DNA of 64,000 nucleotides from a bacterium (GCA_021108295.1 JAIORF010000005.1:136531-200530); one strand, 5' to 3'. Positions 8,774-18,941 are shown, counted from the first letter of the stretch. Translations and numbers: made by a program. Notes: a model not told the origin generated them from the sequence alone.

Positions 8774-9583
8774 TTGTTCTATTATATATACATGGATAAA
8801 AACAGTAAGAGTGAGTTGTTACATATAGAGGAGTTGTATGACTTTAGGAAGAATATTCCAGCATATCTTAGTAAGCAGAAGATAAAAGAGGTATGGGGTT
8901 TAGAGGTAGATGGAGAGAGGTACAAGGGGATTAGTGATAAGCAGAGGAATATTATATTGAAGAAGGTTTGTATATTAGAGGATTCATTGTCATGGGTTCT
9001 ATTTAGACCCTTTGTTCGATTTGTTGGGATATCTGGATCAATTGCATCTGAATTTGTAAAGGGAGGAGATGATATAGATCTGTTTATTGTGACTAGGAAT
9101 GATGTGGTTTGGATATATAGGCTGTTTTTGTATGTTAGAAATGTATTTGAGAGGAGGGTTAGGTTAAAAAGACGGGTGTTAAAAGTGAAGGATAAATTGT
9201 GTATTAATTTTTTAACAGAGGAGAGGAATTTGGTATTTGAGGAGGATATTTTTAATTTAAATGAGTTATTGTTTCTAAAGCCTATTTTTAATAAAGACTT
9301 TTTAAGTGTAATCTTTCTTCAAAACAATTGGTTGAAAGAGAGGTTTCTTGTTTCAGAATCTTTCTTAAAGAAAGGAAATATTAGAATGGGTATGTTAAGG
9401 AGACTTACTAAAAGGAATTATTTGTTATTTTTAATTAATCTTTTTTGTTTCTGTGGTCAGTTATCATTTATGTTACTAATGAGGCATAGGCCTGATGTGG
9501 GGAGGTTGTTTAGGGGGTTTAGGGAAGGGAGAATAGAGTTCTTTCCTAGTGATTTCAAAAAGAAGATATTGAGTAAGGGTTAG
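8774..9583 (+). CDS. Hypothetical protein with a pol-beta-type nucleotidyltransferase-fold motif
   Basis: 'GISGSIASEFVKGGDDIDLFIV' fits the GS-x(n)-DxD signature of minimal NTases. No further assignment. Confidence 0.35.
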   Translation: MFYYIYMDKNSKSELLHIEELYDFRKNIPAYLSKQKIKEVWGLEVDGERYKGISDKQRNIILKKVCILEDSLSWVLFRPFVRFVGISGSIASEFVKGGDDIDLFIVTRNDVVWIYRLFLYVRNVFERRVRLKRRVLKVKDKLCINFLTEERNLVFEEDIFNLNELLFLKPIFNKDFLSVIFLQNNWLKERFLVSESFLKKGNIRMGMLRRLTKRNYLLFLINLFCFCGQLSFMLLMRHRPDVGRLFRGFREGRIEFFPSDFKKKILSKG

Positions 9584-10665
9584 TATTTGTTGAGGTTGAA
9601 GAATTGGGCGTTGTCTTGTATATATTTTGGTAATATTTTCTTATCGACTGTAGTGATGAATGTTTGTTGTTTGTTTAAGACTTTCTTATCGAAGACAATG
9701 GCTGTATTTTTTATATCTAATTCTGATGCGATATCGTCTAGTAGGAGTATTGGGTGATATCCTAGTTCTTTTGCTATTATTTCGTGGGATTTAAAGATTA
9801 GATTACTTACAGCGAGTCTTTTTTGTCCACGAGATCCATATTTTTTAATGTCTTGGTTTGTGAATATGTCCCAGTCATCTCTGTGTGGCCCGATATTAGT
9901 GTATCCTGTTGCTATATCTCTTTTCTTGTTGTCTTCGAGGACTAGGTCTAGTATCTTTTGAATTTCTGTTGTGTTTTTACTTACTTTTTCAATTGGTTCT
10001 AACTCTTTATTACAGAAGTTGTATTTGAGTAAGAAGTTTTCTTCTGAGAACTTTTGTATAAGGGCGAGTCTTTTTGTGTAGATTATTGATGAGAGTTCTG
10101 AGAGTTGTAGTGTCCAGAAGTTTAGTTGTGGGTCGTGTTTAGAGACAATGCCTTTTTCATAGAAGATTTTTGCTAATTTCTTTAGGTAAGAATTTCTTTG
10201 TTTAAGTACTTTACGGAATTGTGAGAGTGTGGAGGGGTATTCGTAGTTTATAGTGGAGATTGTTTCATCTAGGAAGTTCCTCCTTTGGCTAGGGGAGAGC
10301 ATGAGGAGGTCTATTCTTTCAGGGTTAAAGATTGTTGCTGAATTATTAATGAAGAATTTCTTTGGTGTAGTTTTACTGTTGTCTATCATGTATACTTTGC
10401 GATTTTTATCTTTGTAATGGGCGTATTCGTTTTCTTCTGTGGTTATTTCAATTCTGCTGTGTTTTGATATACCGTTTTGTTCATTGTTTATATATTCATC
10501 ACTACTTGACCATGGGGAATTACCGTTACAGATGATGTGGAGGGCTTCTAGTAGGGAGCTTTTTCCTTGTGCGTTGTTGCCGTGGAAGACGATGAGGTTA
10601 GATGTGAAGTCTAATTCTAGTTCTTTGAATTTCCTAAAGTTGTTTAACTTGATTTTTTTAATCAT
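9580..10665 (-). CDS. recF: DNA replication and repair protein RecF
   Basis: 'IKKIKLNNFRKFKELELDF.SNLIVFHGNNAQGKSSLLEALH' is the RecF N-terminal Walker A region. 361 aa. The start ATG overlaps the lepA stop (TAATG). Confidence 0.75.
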   Translation of the reverse strand: MIKKIKLNNFRKFKELELDFTSNLIVFHGNNAQGKSSLLEALHIICNGNSPWSSSDEYINNEQNGISKHSRIEITTEENEYAHYKDKNRKVYMIDNSKTTPKKFFINNSATIFNPERIDLLMLSPSQRRNFLDETISTINYEYPSTLSQFRKVLKQRNSYLKKLAKIFYEKGIVSKHDPQLNFWTLQLSELSSIIYTKRLALIQKFSEENFLLKYNFCNKELEPIEKVSKNTTEIQKILDLVLEDNKKRDIATGYTNIGPHRDDWDIFTNQDIKKYGSRGQKRLAVSNLIFKSHEIIAKELGYHPILLLDDIASELDIKNTAIVFDKKVLNKQQTFITTVDKKILPKYIQDNAQFFNLNKY

Positions 10666-12482
10666 TATGTTTTCAATATTGCAAGAAAGGCTTCTTGTGG
10701 TATGTTTACTCTTCCAATTTGTTTGAGTCTTTTCTTACCTTTCTTTTGTTTTTTGAGGAGTTTTTGTTTTCTGCTGTAGTCTCCTCCATAGAGGTTTGCT
10801 GTTACATCTTTTCTGAATGCTCTGACGTCTTCTCTTGCGATGAATTTGGCCCCTATTGCCGCTTGGAGAGGTATTGGGAATTGTTGTCTTGGTATTACTT
10901 TTTTCATAACTTCAAGTAATTTTACGGCTTTTGGTCTTGCTCCTTCTCTGGTTTCTAAGAAGCTTAGGGCTGGGATTTCATCTCGGTTGACTAGTACTGA
11001 GACTTTGACAAGGTCTACAGGGAAGAAATCTATGAATTCATATTCCATGGAGGCGTATCCACTTGATATGTTTTTGAGTTGGTCAAAGAAGTTGGATATG
11101 AGAGAGGCTAATGGCATGTCGTATTCGAGCAGGATGTACTGATCTTTTAGTTTGATGTTGGCGTCCCCCTGTGAGAGGTATTTTGTGTTTATATATGTAC
11201 CTCTGTGGGCTTGGCAGAGGTTCATTAGGTCTCCCATGTATCTGTCTGGGGTGAGTATTTCTGTTCTTACCCATGGTTCTGAGATTTCCTTTATTTTATT
11301 TGGGTCTGGGAGTTCGCTTGGTGTTTGTACTACAATTTCTTCATCGTTGATAGTGGTTATATGGTACTCAACCGTTGGTGCAGTAATTATTAATTCCACA
11401 TCATATTCTCTTTCTAGTCTTTCTTGTACAATTTGCATGTGCAGGAGTCCTAGGAAGCCACATCTAAATCCAGATCCTAGTAGTGCTGATCTTTGGTCTG
11501 AGAAGACGAGTGCGGCGTCGTTTAAGGCGAGTTTATTTAGTGATATTTTGAGTGGTTCGTAGTCTTCTGAGGTGGTTGGAAAGAAGGTTGCGAATACATT
11601 GGATTTTGGTGTTTTGTAACCGGGTAGGGCTTTTGTTTCTTTGTGGTCTGATACTGTGTCTCCTACTGTGAAGTATCTGATGTCTTTGAGTCCTGTTGCA
11701 ATGTATCCTACTTCCCCTGTACTTAGGGAGTTTGTTTCTTTAAGGTCTGGATTGAATATTCCTATTTCAGTTGGTTTGAAGCTTTCTTGTTTTTGGATCA
11801 TGTAGAGATCTTGTGGTTTGCTGTGTTTTTGAGAGATTGAGCCGTTGAAGATTCTGACTGCTACGACTACTCCTCTGTGTTCGTCGTAGAAGGAGTCAAA
11901 GATTAGTGCTTGTAGTGGTCCATTTGTATTTCCTTTTGGTGGTGGGCATTGTTTTACTATTTGTTCTAGTAGTTGGTCTACATTTTCTCCTGTTTTTCCT
12001 GAGACTTTTACAATGTCTTCTTTTTCAAATCCTAGGAGGCTGCATATTTCTTTTTCTCTTTCTTCAATATCTATATGTGGGAGGTCTATTTTATTTAGTA
12101 CTGGTATGAGGGTGAGTCCTAGGTCTAGTGCTTTCTTGGTGTTTGATATTGTTTGTGCTTGTATCCCTTGTGATGCGTCTACTAGGAGTAGGGCTGCTTC
12201 ACAGGCTGCTAGGGATCGGGATACTTCGTAGGAGAAGTCTACGTGTCCTGGTGTGTCTATGAGGTTTAGTTGGTATTCTTTGTAGTTCATTTTGCATGCT
12301 TGTAGTTTTATCGTTATTCCTCTTTCTTGTTCTAGTTCTAGTCTGTCTAGTATTCTTTCGTCGTGTTTTTCGTTTCTGGTGTCTGTGTTTGTTGCTTCTA
12401 GTATCCTATCAGCTAGTGTGGATTTACCGTGGTCAATGTGTGCAATTATTGAGAAATTGCGTATTTTATTAAGTTCATGCAT
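10665..12482 (-). CDS. lepA: Elongation factor 4 (LepA)
   Basis: 'IRNFSIIAHIDHGKSTLADRIL', 'ERGITIK', '[18 protein letters not shown]'. 605 aa. C-terminal LepA-specific domain present. Confidence 0.9.
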   Translation of the reverse strand: MHELNKIRNFSIIAHIDHGKSTLADRILEATNTDTRNEKHDERILDRLELEQERGITIKLQACKMNYKEYQLNLIDTPGHVDFSYEVSRSLAACEAALLLVDASQGIQAQTISNTKKALDLGLTLIPVLNKIDLPHIDIEEREKEICSLLGFEKEDIVKVSGKTGENVDQLLEQIVKQCPPPKGNTNGPLQALIFDSFYDEHRGVVVAVRIFNGSISQKHSKPQDLYMIQKQESFKPTEIGIFNPDLKETNSLSTGEVGYIATGLKDIRYFTVGDTVSDHKETKALPGYKTPKSNVFATFFPTTSEDYEPLKISLNKLALNDAALVFSDQRSALLGSGFRCGFLGLLHMQIVQERLEREYDVELIITAPTVEYHITTINDEEIVVQTPSELPDPNKIKEISEPWVRTEILTPDRYMGDLMNLCQAHRGTYINTKYLSQGDANIKLKDQYILLEYDMPLASLISNFFDQLKNISSGYASMEYEFIDFFPVDLVKVSVLVNRDEIPALSFLETREGARPKAVKLLEVMKKVIPRQQFPIPLQAAIGAKFIAREDVRAFRKDVTANLYGGDYSRKQKLLKKQKKGKKRLKQIGRVNIPQEAFLAILKT

Positions 12483-12523
12483 ATCATGGATTATACAAAG
12501 TAAGGGGGTTTTTGGGTAGGGAC

Positions 12524-13090
12524 TTACCTAATTCCTATTTTCATCTCAAACTCTTCACTAAACTGTACACCAACCAGACTCTCTATAGTTAGGTATATAT
12601 CGTATGTAGCTCTTGGTTTAAGTAGTATCTCTACGCTCTCTGATTGGCCCGTACTGTGTTGTAATGTATATACTTGATCATTTATTATCAACCCAATCTC
12701 TGACCGTGTAGGATTGAGCGTAGTGCCAAGGAAGGTCAAAATCTTTTCTTCGTCTGTATTGTTACCAATTTGTAATATTGGTTTGGAGTAAAAGTCTGAT
12801 TCTCTTTGTGTAAGCATTGCGTTGTATATATATCCACTATCTCCATTCTTAGATATTTTCTCTACACTTAAGACCTCGTGTGTACCACCTACTAGATCTA
12901 CAATGACTTTGGAATTGGTGGCTACGCCTAATACATCTGTAAACTCTCTAATGTTTTTAGTAATTGGTTCTAGATTAATTACAGTAAGTGTTGGGATTAT
13001 GAAGAGCAGTGCAAGTACACCAAGAGCAATTGGCTCAAGGAATTTACCTAGAAGGTTTCTGACTTTCGATTGCTTGTTTTTTGTTATCAT
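12524..13090 (-). CDS. Hypothetical membrane-anchored protein (N-terminal TM, beta-rich ectodomain)
   Basis: Hydrophobic segment 'PIALGVLALLFIIPTLTVI'. No homology recognised. Confidence 0.4.
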   Translation of the reverse strand: MITKNKQSKVRNLLGKFLEPIALGVLALLFIIPTLTVINLEPITKNIREFTDVLGVATNSKVIVDLVGGTHEVLSVEKISKNGDSGYIYNAMLTQRESDFYSKPILQIGNNTDEEKILTFLGTTLNPTRSEIGLIINDQVYTLQHSTGQSESVEILLKPRATYDIYLTIESLVGVQFSEEFEMKIGIR

Positions 13091-13092
13091 TT

Positions 13093-13593
13093 TTAAAAGT
13101 ATGAATGCTTACTACTACTAGGATATATCTTCTCAGTTTCAATTTCAAATGTTTTAATTAATCCCCAGATAGAGAGGAGGGAAATGACTCCAGCAGTAAT
13201 GCCTACCCAGAGGTAAGTATCTCCTTGTAGAGAGTTTGTGATTGTGATTATGGAGGATATTACAACGAATGTTGTCCATATGAAGATTTGGAGGAATGTA
13301 GAGGTAGAGCTTGTAACCCATTTAAGCATATTGAATTTTACAACCTTAGCTATTGTCCTTGGGTTATGTTTTGCACTTTGTAATATTGTGGTTTGAAGAA
13401 TCATATAGAGGGTGATGAGGCCAAGTAGGGAAATCATTACTAGGTCTGATATGGAGTTAACAAAAAGGGTTGTTTCTGAGTCTGGCAGAAAGATTTGTGT
13501 GGAGAATATCCCACTTATTTCATTACCCACACTAAATTGGATACTGTAAAAGGCGATTAGTACAAAAAGCCCCAAGAATTTACCTGCAATCAT
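13093..13593 (-). CDS. Hypothetical polytopic membrane protein (~4 TM)
   Basis: The ORF track extends to 13743, but that N-terminal extension overlaps rpsT. An internal Met (MIAGKFLG) at 13593 avoids the overlap. Confidence 0.4.
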   Translation of the reverse strand: MIAGKFLGLFVLIAFYSIQFSVGNEISGIFSTQIFLPDSETTLFVNSISDLVMISLLGLITLYMILQTTILQSAKHNPRTIAKVVKFNMLKWVTSSTSTFLQIFIWTTFVVISSIITITNSLQGDTYLWVGITAGVISLLSIWGLIKTFEIETEKIYPSSSKHSYF

Positions 13594-13618
13594 TAGGACT
13601 GCTGGAAGTAGTGAGAGT

Positions 13619-13915
13619 CTAAGAGCCTTTTTTAGCAGATTTGACATTATCTTGGGCAAGATTGTTAAGTTTAGCTGCAAGTCTTGATTTATTTCTACTT
13701 GCGTTGCCTTTCTTAATGATATGTTTCTTGGCTGCTTTGTCAAGTACTTTATTTACTTGAGGGAGTGCTTTTGTTGCTTCGTCTAGCTTTTTCTCTTCTA
13801 TTAAAGCATTAAATCTCTTAGTAGCTTTTTTAACACGATTTCTAAGTCTATCGTTAAAAACGGTCCTTTTTTTAGTTTGTCTTAAATCTTTGATTGATGT
13901 TCTTAAATTTGGCAT
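13619..13915 (-). CDS. rpsT: 30S ribosomal protein S20
   Basis: 'MPNLRTSIKDLRQTKKRTVFNDRLRNRVKKATKRF...KALPQVNKVLDKAAKKHIIKKGNASRNKSRLAAKLNNLA' fits the S20 family pattern. Confidence 0.8.
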   Translation of the reverse strand: MPNLRTSIKDLRQTKKRTVFNDRLRNRVKKATKRFNALIEEKKLDEATKALPQVNKVLDKAAKKHIIKKGNASRNKSRLAAKLNNLAQDNVKSAKKGS

Positions 13916-14006
13916 TCAATTAGCAAAATATATTAATTTGAAGTCGGTAATTATATCGGTATTTAAAGTATTTGTAAACATTTAAATTTCTGTTACACTA
14001 TATTGT

Positions 14007-14408
14007 ATGGAAGGAAGGATTAGAATTTGGATTCTGGTGGTACTCTTCATTGCTTTAGTGGGAGTGCTCGGTCGTTTTGCTTTTGAAGACAAGCATTCTT
14101 TAGAAGAGAGTGTTTTGGGTAGTAGTGTAGTTGATTACAAGAGTGTACCGTATATTACCTCTGTACCTATGGGATCTCTGTATGTTGGAGAGCTATTTAG
14201 ATATTTTGTAGAGGTAAGTGATTTGGATACTGAAGTAGAGGGGCTTGCTGTATTCCTTACGGAGAAGCCTGAGTGGATGTATATGGAAGGGAATGAGATT
14301 AGGGGTGTGCCACTTGAGAGTGGTACTTACAGATATATTGTGACTGTATCAGATGGAGAGAGTTCTTCTTCTGTGCTAAATTATGTTTTAGTCGAGGTTT
14401 ATGAGTAG
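14007..14408 (+). CDS. Hypothetical small surface protein (N-terminal signal anchor, Ig-like domain)
   Basis: TM 'IWILVVLFIALVGVL', then a beta-rich domain. Overlaps the next ORF by 8 nt. Confidence 0.4.
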   Translation: MEGRIRIWILVVLFIALVGVLGRFAFEDKHSLEESVLGSSVVDYKSVPYITSVPMGSLYVGELFRYFVEVSDLDTEVEGLAVFLTEKPEWMYMEGNEIRGVPLESGTYRYIVTVSDGESSSSVLNYVLVEVYE

Positions 14409-14796
14409 GAAGTTAATGTTTATATTTAGTGGAGTATTGGTGTTCCTTCTTGGAACTCTTGTGGTTTTTGTTTTTAAGGCTCAAGGGTCTAGTGAGTTGG
14501 ATATGGTGTCTGGTTGTGTGCCTTACAATGTTTCGTTGTCTAGGGGGGAGAGTGATCATCAGGTTGTAATTGATTGGAAGACGGAAGAGGAGTGTGTAGG
14601 GTATGTGATGTATGGGGATGATAGGGGGAATTTAGATCTAGTAAGTATTGATACTAGAGATCTTTCGTCTAAGGTGCATACAGTAGTTCTTGAGAAGCTG
14701 CTTAGTACAAAGAATTATTACTTTGTGATTAATTCAGGGGATATGGATTATGGTGATAGTGGGGTTCCTTTATCTTTCTCTCTCTCTTCTCTCTAA
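14401..14796 (+). CDS. Hypothetical small surface protein with an FN3/purple-acid-phosphatase-N-like domain
   Basis: TM 'LMFIFSGVLVFLLGTLVVFVF'. The 'VVIDWKTEEECVGYVMYG' motif resembles the PAP N-terminal FN3 domain. Confidence 0.4.
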   Translation: MSRKLMFIFSGVLVFLLGTLVVFVFKAQGSSELDMVSGCVPYNVSLSRGESDHQVVIDWKTEEECVGYVMYGDDRGNLDLVSIDTRDLSSKVHTVVLEKLLSTKNYYFVINSGDMDYGDSGVPLSFSLSSL

Positions 14797-16491
14797 TAGT
14801 CTTTCTTCAAAATATCGTTTAGGTGAGAATATCTTGTAGGATGCCATTTCCGCATTTCTGTATGTATTTGAGCCTACAATCATTGTGGCTAATTGATTTC
14901 CTTTATTGGTGTTGTGTATTATTATACCGATCATCATGATTGCGATACCTATAAAGATTCTTCCAAGTGTAGTATCAAATATCCCTGTTTGGGGTATAGT
15001 GGTGTCTATATCGTCACAGTCTTGAGCGACAATGATTTCTATGGAGGAACTTAGTGTGGATGGGTCTTCTGGTATTTCTGATGGTGTTACAATTACTTCG
15101 TTTAAGTTTGTACCGCTTAGGGAGTTGTCTCCTGCAATGGCACTGAATGATATTGTTAGTGCTCCTGCTGGGTCTATTGACCAAGAGTTTTGTGGTTCCC
15201 ATACAATTTCTTGTGAATCTCCTATGTCTGTTGTAGTTACAAAGACTGAATCTGCTATTGAATTCCCATTCAATGTAGATGAGCTTAGTACATATTCAAA
15301 TCCTAGTGGTAGTTTGTCCTTTATGGATTCTATGGTGTCAGTTATATCTCCGTTATTTCTGACAGTTATTGTAAAGGTAGATGTGTTCTCAGGAGAGACT
15401 CTTTCTACACATGTTTCTGAAGAGGTTTTTGTGACATTGAACTGTGATTCAGTTGCAGTAGTCTCTTCTTCTTCCTCCTCTTGTGTCTGACCTTCTGGTG
15501 GTGTTATGAGGAATATCTCTTCGGTTGTTGTTCCTATACTAATATCGTCTTGTAAAACTTCTACTGTTACTGTCACATCTCCGTAGTATGTGTTGAGTGC
15601 AGAAAAGGATTCACTTCCTGCGAAGTTGGTGGAGTTGTAGAGGTTGCTTTCTGTGACTGTTATACGTCCTTTATCTGGGTCCAATTCAAAACCAGTTATC
15701 ATTGTAAGGGTTTTGTCTTTGAAGGAGAACATTATGTTGGTATTTGTGTCTTTGAGTCCTCCAGCAGTAATGGTTGCTGTCTTTATCGTAGTTCTGTCAT
15801 CTGATGTGTATGTATCAAGCATTAGTGAGCTTATTCCAGTTTCTGCAGTTGTAGATATTTCTATTAGTCTGTTACAGATGATGGAGCTGACGGTGTCTCC
15901 TTTGTTGTCTACTGCTTGTGCAGAGATTTGTAGCGTACTGTCGTCTCCAAAGTCAGAAATGGTTAGGGCTATGGAGGTATCTGTAGTTGTATCAGGTTGG
16001 GTTGGGACATTATTTATTAAGAATTTGTAGTCTGTGTATTCTGCTGAGTCAAATGTTGCACTGATAGTTAAGGTTTCAGTTGGTACAATTTTTCCTGTAA
16101 CTATTAAACCGCTCTCTGTTTTAACTTCCATAGCATTGCATTTTGTACTTAGTATTTTTGTTGTAGTGCAGGTTATGTAGTCTTCTTGTGGTGTCGTACT
16201 GTTAAGCATGTTGATGGAAAGATCCGTAAGTGGGCATGATGCAGAACAGTCGCTGAGTGTACCAGTAGAGGTGTTAAATTTGAAAGCTCTTTTAGTATCT
16301 CCACATGTAGTAGTGACCTGTGGGTCTATGTAGTAACATCCGCATGTGATTATTTGGTCTTCTTCTTTTTGGAAGATGTCTCCTATAAGATAGAAGTATA
16401 TTATTGCTCCAACTAAGGCTAGGACTAGTATTCCGAGTAGGGTGAAGAGTATATTTGTTATTGTTTTGGATTTTTTCTTCTGCTGGTCCAT
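14770..16491 (-). CDS. Thr-rich cell-surface protein with a candidate C-terminal sortase sorting signal (IPQTG + TM + Arg-rich tail)
   Basis: N-terminal signal anchor. C-terminus '...TTIPQTGIFDTTLGRIFIGIAIMMIGIIIHN...RRERER'. Motif at roughly 14983-14997. Confidence 0.5.
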   Translation of the reverse strand: MDQQKKKSKTITNILFTLLGILVLALVGAIIYFYLIGDIFQKEEDQIITCGCYYIDPQVTTTCGDTKRAFKFNTSTGTLSDCSASCPLTDLSINMLNSTTPQEDYITCTTTKILSTKCNAMEVKTESGLIVTGKIVPTETLTISATFDSAEYTDYKFLINNVPTQPDTTTDTSIALTISDFGDDSTLQISAQAVDNKGDTVSSIICNRLIEISTTAETGISSLMLDTYTSDDRTTIKTATITAGGLKDTNTNIMFSFKDKTLTMITGFELDPDKGRITVTESNLYNSTNFAGSESFSALNTYYGDVTVTVEVLQDDISIGTTTEEIFLITPPEGQTQEEEEEETTATESQFNVTKTSSETCVERVSPENTSTFTITVRNNGDITDTIESIKDKLPLGFEYVLSSSTLNGNSIADSVFVTTTDIGDSQEIVWEPQNSWSIDPAGALTISFSAIAGDNSLSGTNLNEVIVTPSEIPEDPSTLSSSIEIIVAQDCDDIDTTIPQTGIFDTTLGRIFIGIAIMMIGIIIHNTNKGNQLATMIVGSNTYRNAEMASYKIFSPKRYFEERLLERRERER

Positions 16492-16551
16492 ATTTAGGCA
16501 GTAATATTACATTCTTGATATAGTTTAGGTTAATATCTTGGTAAATGTCAA

Positions 16552-17472
16552 CTAAAGGATTAGGGTAAAAAGGGAAAGACCTAGTGTTGGTTCTATTCTT
16601 CCTGTTTTAATTTTATAGTCAAGGTTACAAAGCTTCTTGTATTGTAAGAGGAGTCTTTGTCTATTAGTGTTTCTTACACTTTTTATTACGGGGTATATTG
16701 CAAATGGAGGGAGTTTAAGTATTGATGCGAAAAGTCTTTCGTTTGTGTTGTTGTCTAGTAGGTCTTTTGTCTGTATTGCAATTCTAAGATTACGAGCTAT
16801 CATGGCGAGTATGTAGTGAGGATCCGTCTTGTATTCGAGGAGTTTCTCGAGTGTATTGCTTATGCCTGTGTGGTCTGAGATATTTATGTAGTCCATGAGT
16901 TTCCAGATGTCTGTTTCTAAGGTGTCTGCTACCGTTTGATTGAGGTTCTCTTGGTCAATGGTGTCTGTTTCTAAGAGTTTGAGTTTATCTAGATTGTTAT
17001 TAAATCTTTCTGGTTCATAGTTTGATCTTTGAGAGAGGGTGTTAAGTATCTCAGGAGGTATGGTGAATGGGAGTTGCTCGGTTTCTTTTCTTGCCCATGT
17101 GACGAAGCTTCTTTTATTTAGTTTAGGGAATTCGTCTACGGAATTTCTTTCTTTGAAGAATTTGAAATATTTTGTATTACTTCTAATCTTTTGATCTTCC
17201 CAGATGAGGATTGTAAGAGAATCGTTGTCTAGTATTTCAAAAAGGGTTTTTATTAAGATTTCTTTTTCTTTGTTTTTGTATACTCGTTTTAGGAAATATA
17301 TTTTTTGTGTATTGAAGAGGGATGGTGAGTAGAGTGTGTCAATTATCTTTTCTACTTTGGTACTGTCTGCATCTATGGTGATTATGTCGTTGTCTAGGAA
17401 TTGTGTGGTGAGTAACTCGTGTATTGATCGTAGTGAGAGGTATGTGTTTTTGCCATGGTAGAGTTTTTGCAT
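16552..17472 (-). CDS. holA: DNA polymerase III delta subunit
   Basis: 'LYHGKNTYL', and the C-terminal 'LLLQYKKLCNLDYKIKTGRIEPTLGLSLF' parallels HolA 'L..TELTLKQDYGQS...LE.L'. Confidence 0.65.
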   Translation of the reverse strand: MQKLYHGKNTYLSLRSIHELLTTQFLDNDIITIDADSTKVEKIIDTLYSPSLFNTQKIYFLKRVYKNKEKEILIKTLFEILDNDSLTILIWEDQKIRSNTKYFKFFKERNSVDEFPKLNKRSFVTWARKETEQLPFTIPPEILNTLSQRSNYEPERFNNNLDKLKLLETDTIDQENLNQTVADTLETDIWKLMDYINISDHTGISNTLEKLLEYKTDPHYILAMIARNLRIAIQTKDLLDNNTNERLFASILKLPPFAIYPVIKSVRNTNRQRLLLQYKKLCNLDYKIKTGRIEPTLGLSLFTLIL

Positions 17473-18930
17473 TTATGGTGTAGGTTGAGTAACAGTTTCT
17501 TCTAGGACTTCTCCAACTTCTTGTCCAAAGAGGATGGTAATGTCTTCTGCATTTAGTGTTGTAGTGAGGTATTCTGGTTTGGTTATATTGTTTGCTTCGA
17601 GGTATTGGTTTATGGAGTCTAATGAGTGTGAGAAGTCGTTGTCGTTGTTGATGTATATGGTTGTTCCATCTTTATCATTGTAGAGAGTTCCCATATATCC
17701 AATTTTGAGGTATGGGAATTGTTCTACTAGGTCGTAATATTTTTGAGAGGTTTCATTGTATCCGAGTCCTGTATTGTAAATCTTTATGACAGGATTCTCT
17801 TTGTAAAGTTGGGGGTTGTTTTGTAGAAGTCCCATGTATTCGTGTATGTCTTCGTAGTTTCCAAGTCCGTTTATTGGTCCAATTGCGTATGCTCCTGTAT
17901 TTATTACATTTTGGCTAGTAAGTAGTTTTCCTGCTCCTGCGCTTGGGTCTAGGATGAAAGAGTAACTGTTTCCGGTGTCTTTGAATTTGGTGAGTAGATC
18001 TACTCCTACTTCAATGTCATCGAGTGTGAATTCTGATATTTGGATATTGTCTTGTACTACATTAAAAAGGTTCATGAGTGCTCTTGGGTCGAGGAGTGAA
18101 CCGGACATTATCTTCTCAGTGATTGAGGATATTACGATTTGTTGTCTTTTTGCTCTAGCAAAGTCAGAGCCTTCGTGGTTTTGCATAGAGTGTCTTGATC
18201 TTGCATATTCTAAGGCTGTAGCTCCGTCCATGTGTTGTACTCCTTCTACAAATCTTACAGTTTTGTATCCAAAGTTGTCAGGGTACATGTAGTCAGTAAA
18301 GCTGTTTTCTATATTTACATCTATTCCTCCAAGAGCGTCTATTAGTTCTACAAATCCTTTGTAATCTATCATTGCATTGTATTGTATTTCTTGTCCTGTT
18401 ACTTCTGTTACAACTTCGCAGAGTCTTGGCATTCCGAGGTCCTCAGCTTTTTGTTCGAATGTAGAGTAGACAGAATTTATTCTACTAAACCAAATTACAT
18501 CTGGTTTAATTTGTACATGTAGATCTCTAGGTATGGAGGTCATTGTGATGTCCTGTGTGTCGTAATTGTAAGAGATGAGGATGAGGCTGTCTGTGTTGAG
18601 TAGGTTACCATTTTCTCTGGTGTCTACTCCTACGACTAGGATGTTGGTATATTTACCGGTACTGTCCTTTTTAAGTTCTGGGGTGTTTTGGGCAATGATA
18701 TCGTTTGGTCTGAATTTGAGACCTATTGCTGTTCCTGTCTTGTATGCTTTGTAGACAAAGTATCCTGCGTAGCTAATTGCTGCTGTGACAATGAGGGCGA
18801 TGATGATGATGAGAACCTTTGTAATTTTTTGTTTGACTGTAGGTGGTGGTTTGAGAGGGTCTAATTGTTTTGTGATTTTTCTGACGTCTCTAGGTTGTTT
18901 TATTTTAGAGTCGTCTAGGGTAATTCTCAT
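17473..18930 (-). CDS. LytR-CpsA-Psr (LCP) family cell-envelope phosphotransferase
   Basis: N-terminal TM, 'NILVVGVDTR...LNTDSLILISYN....ITMTSIPRDL' LCP core, 'DGATALEYARSRH'. Confidence 0.8.
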   Translation of the reverse strand: MRITLDDSKIKQPRDVRKITKQLDPLKPPPTVKQKITKVLIIIIALIVTAAISYAGYFVYKAYKTGTAIGLKFRPNDIIAQNTPELKKDSTGKYTNILVVGVDTRENGNLLNTDSLILISYNYDTQDITMTSIPRDLHVQIKPDVIWFSRINSVYSTFEQKAEDLGMPRLCEVVTEVTGQEIQYNAMIDYKGFVELIDALGGIDVNIENSFTDYMYPDNFGYKTVRFVEGVQHMDGATALEYARSRHSMQNHEGSDFARAKRQQIVISSITEKIMSGSLLDPRALMNLFNVVQDNIQISEFTLDDIEVGVDLLTKFKDTGNSYSFILDPSAGAGKLLTSQNVINTGAYAIGPINGLGNYEDIHEYMGLLQNNPQLYKENPVIKIYNTGLGYNETSQKYYDLVEQFPYLKIGYMGTLYNDKDGTTIYINNDNDFSHSLDSINQYLEANNITKPEYLTTTLNAEDITILFGQEVGEVLEETVTQPTP

Positions 18931-18941
18931 GGCAGTGGACT

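Noticed and set aside
8774-9583. The NTase-fold protein next to recF as a CBASS/defence nucleotidyltransferase
   Set aside because: Only a minimal GS...DxD motif is present. No effector or partner genes are nearby, and it is convergent with recF. The evidence is insufficient for a defence call.
13594-13743. N-terminal extension of the membrane-protein ORF 13093-13743
   Set aside because: It overlaps the well-supported rpsT (S20) coding region by ~125 nt. An internal Met at 13593 avoids the overlap.
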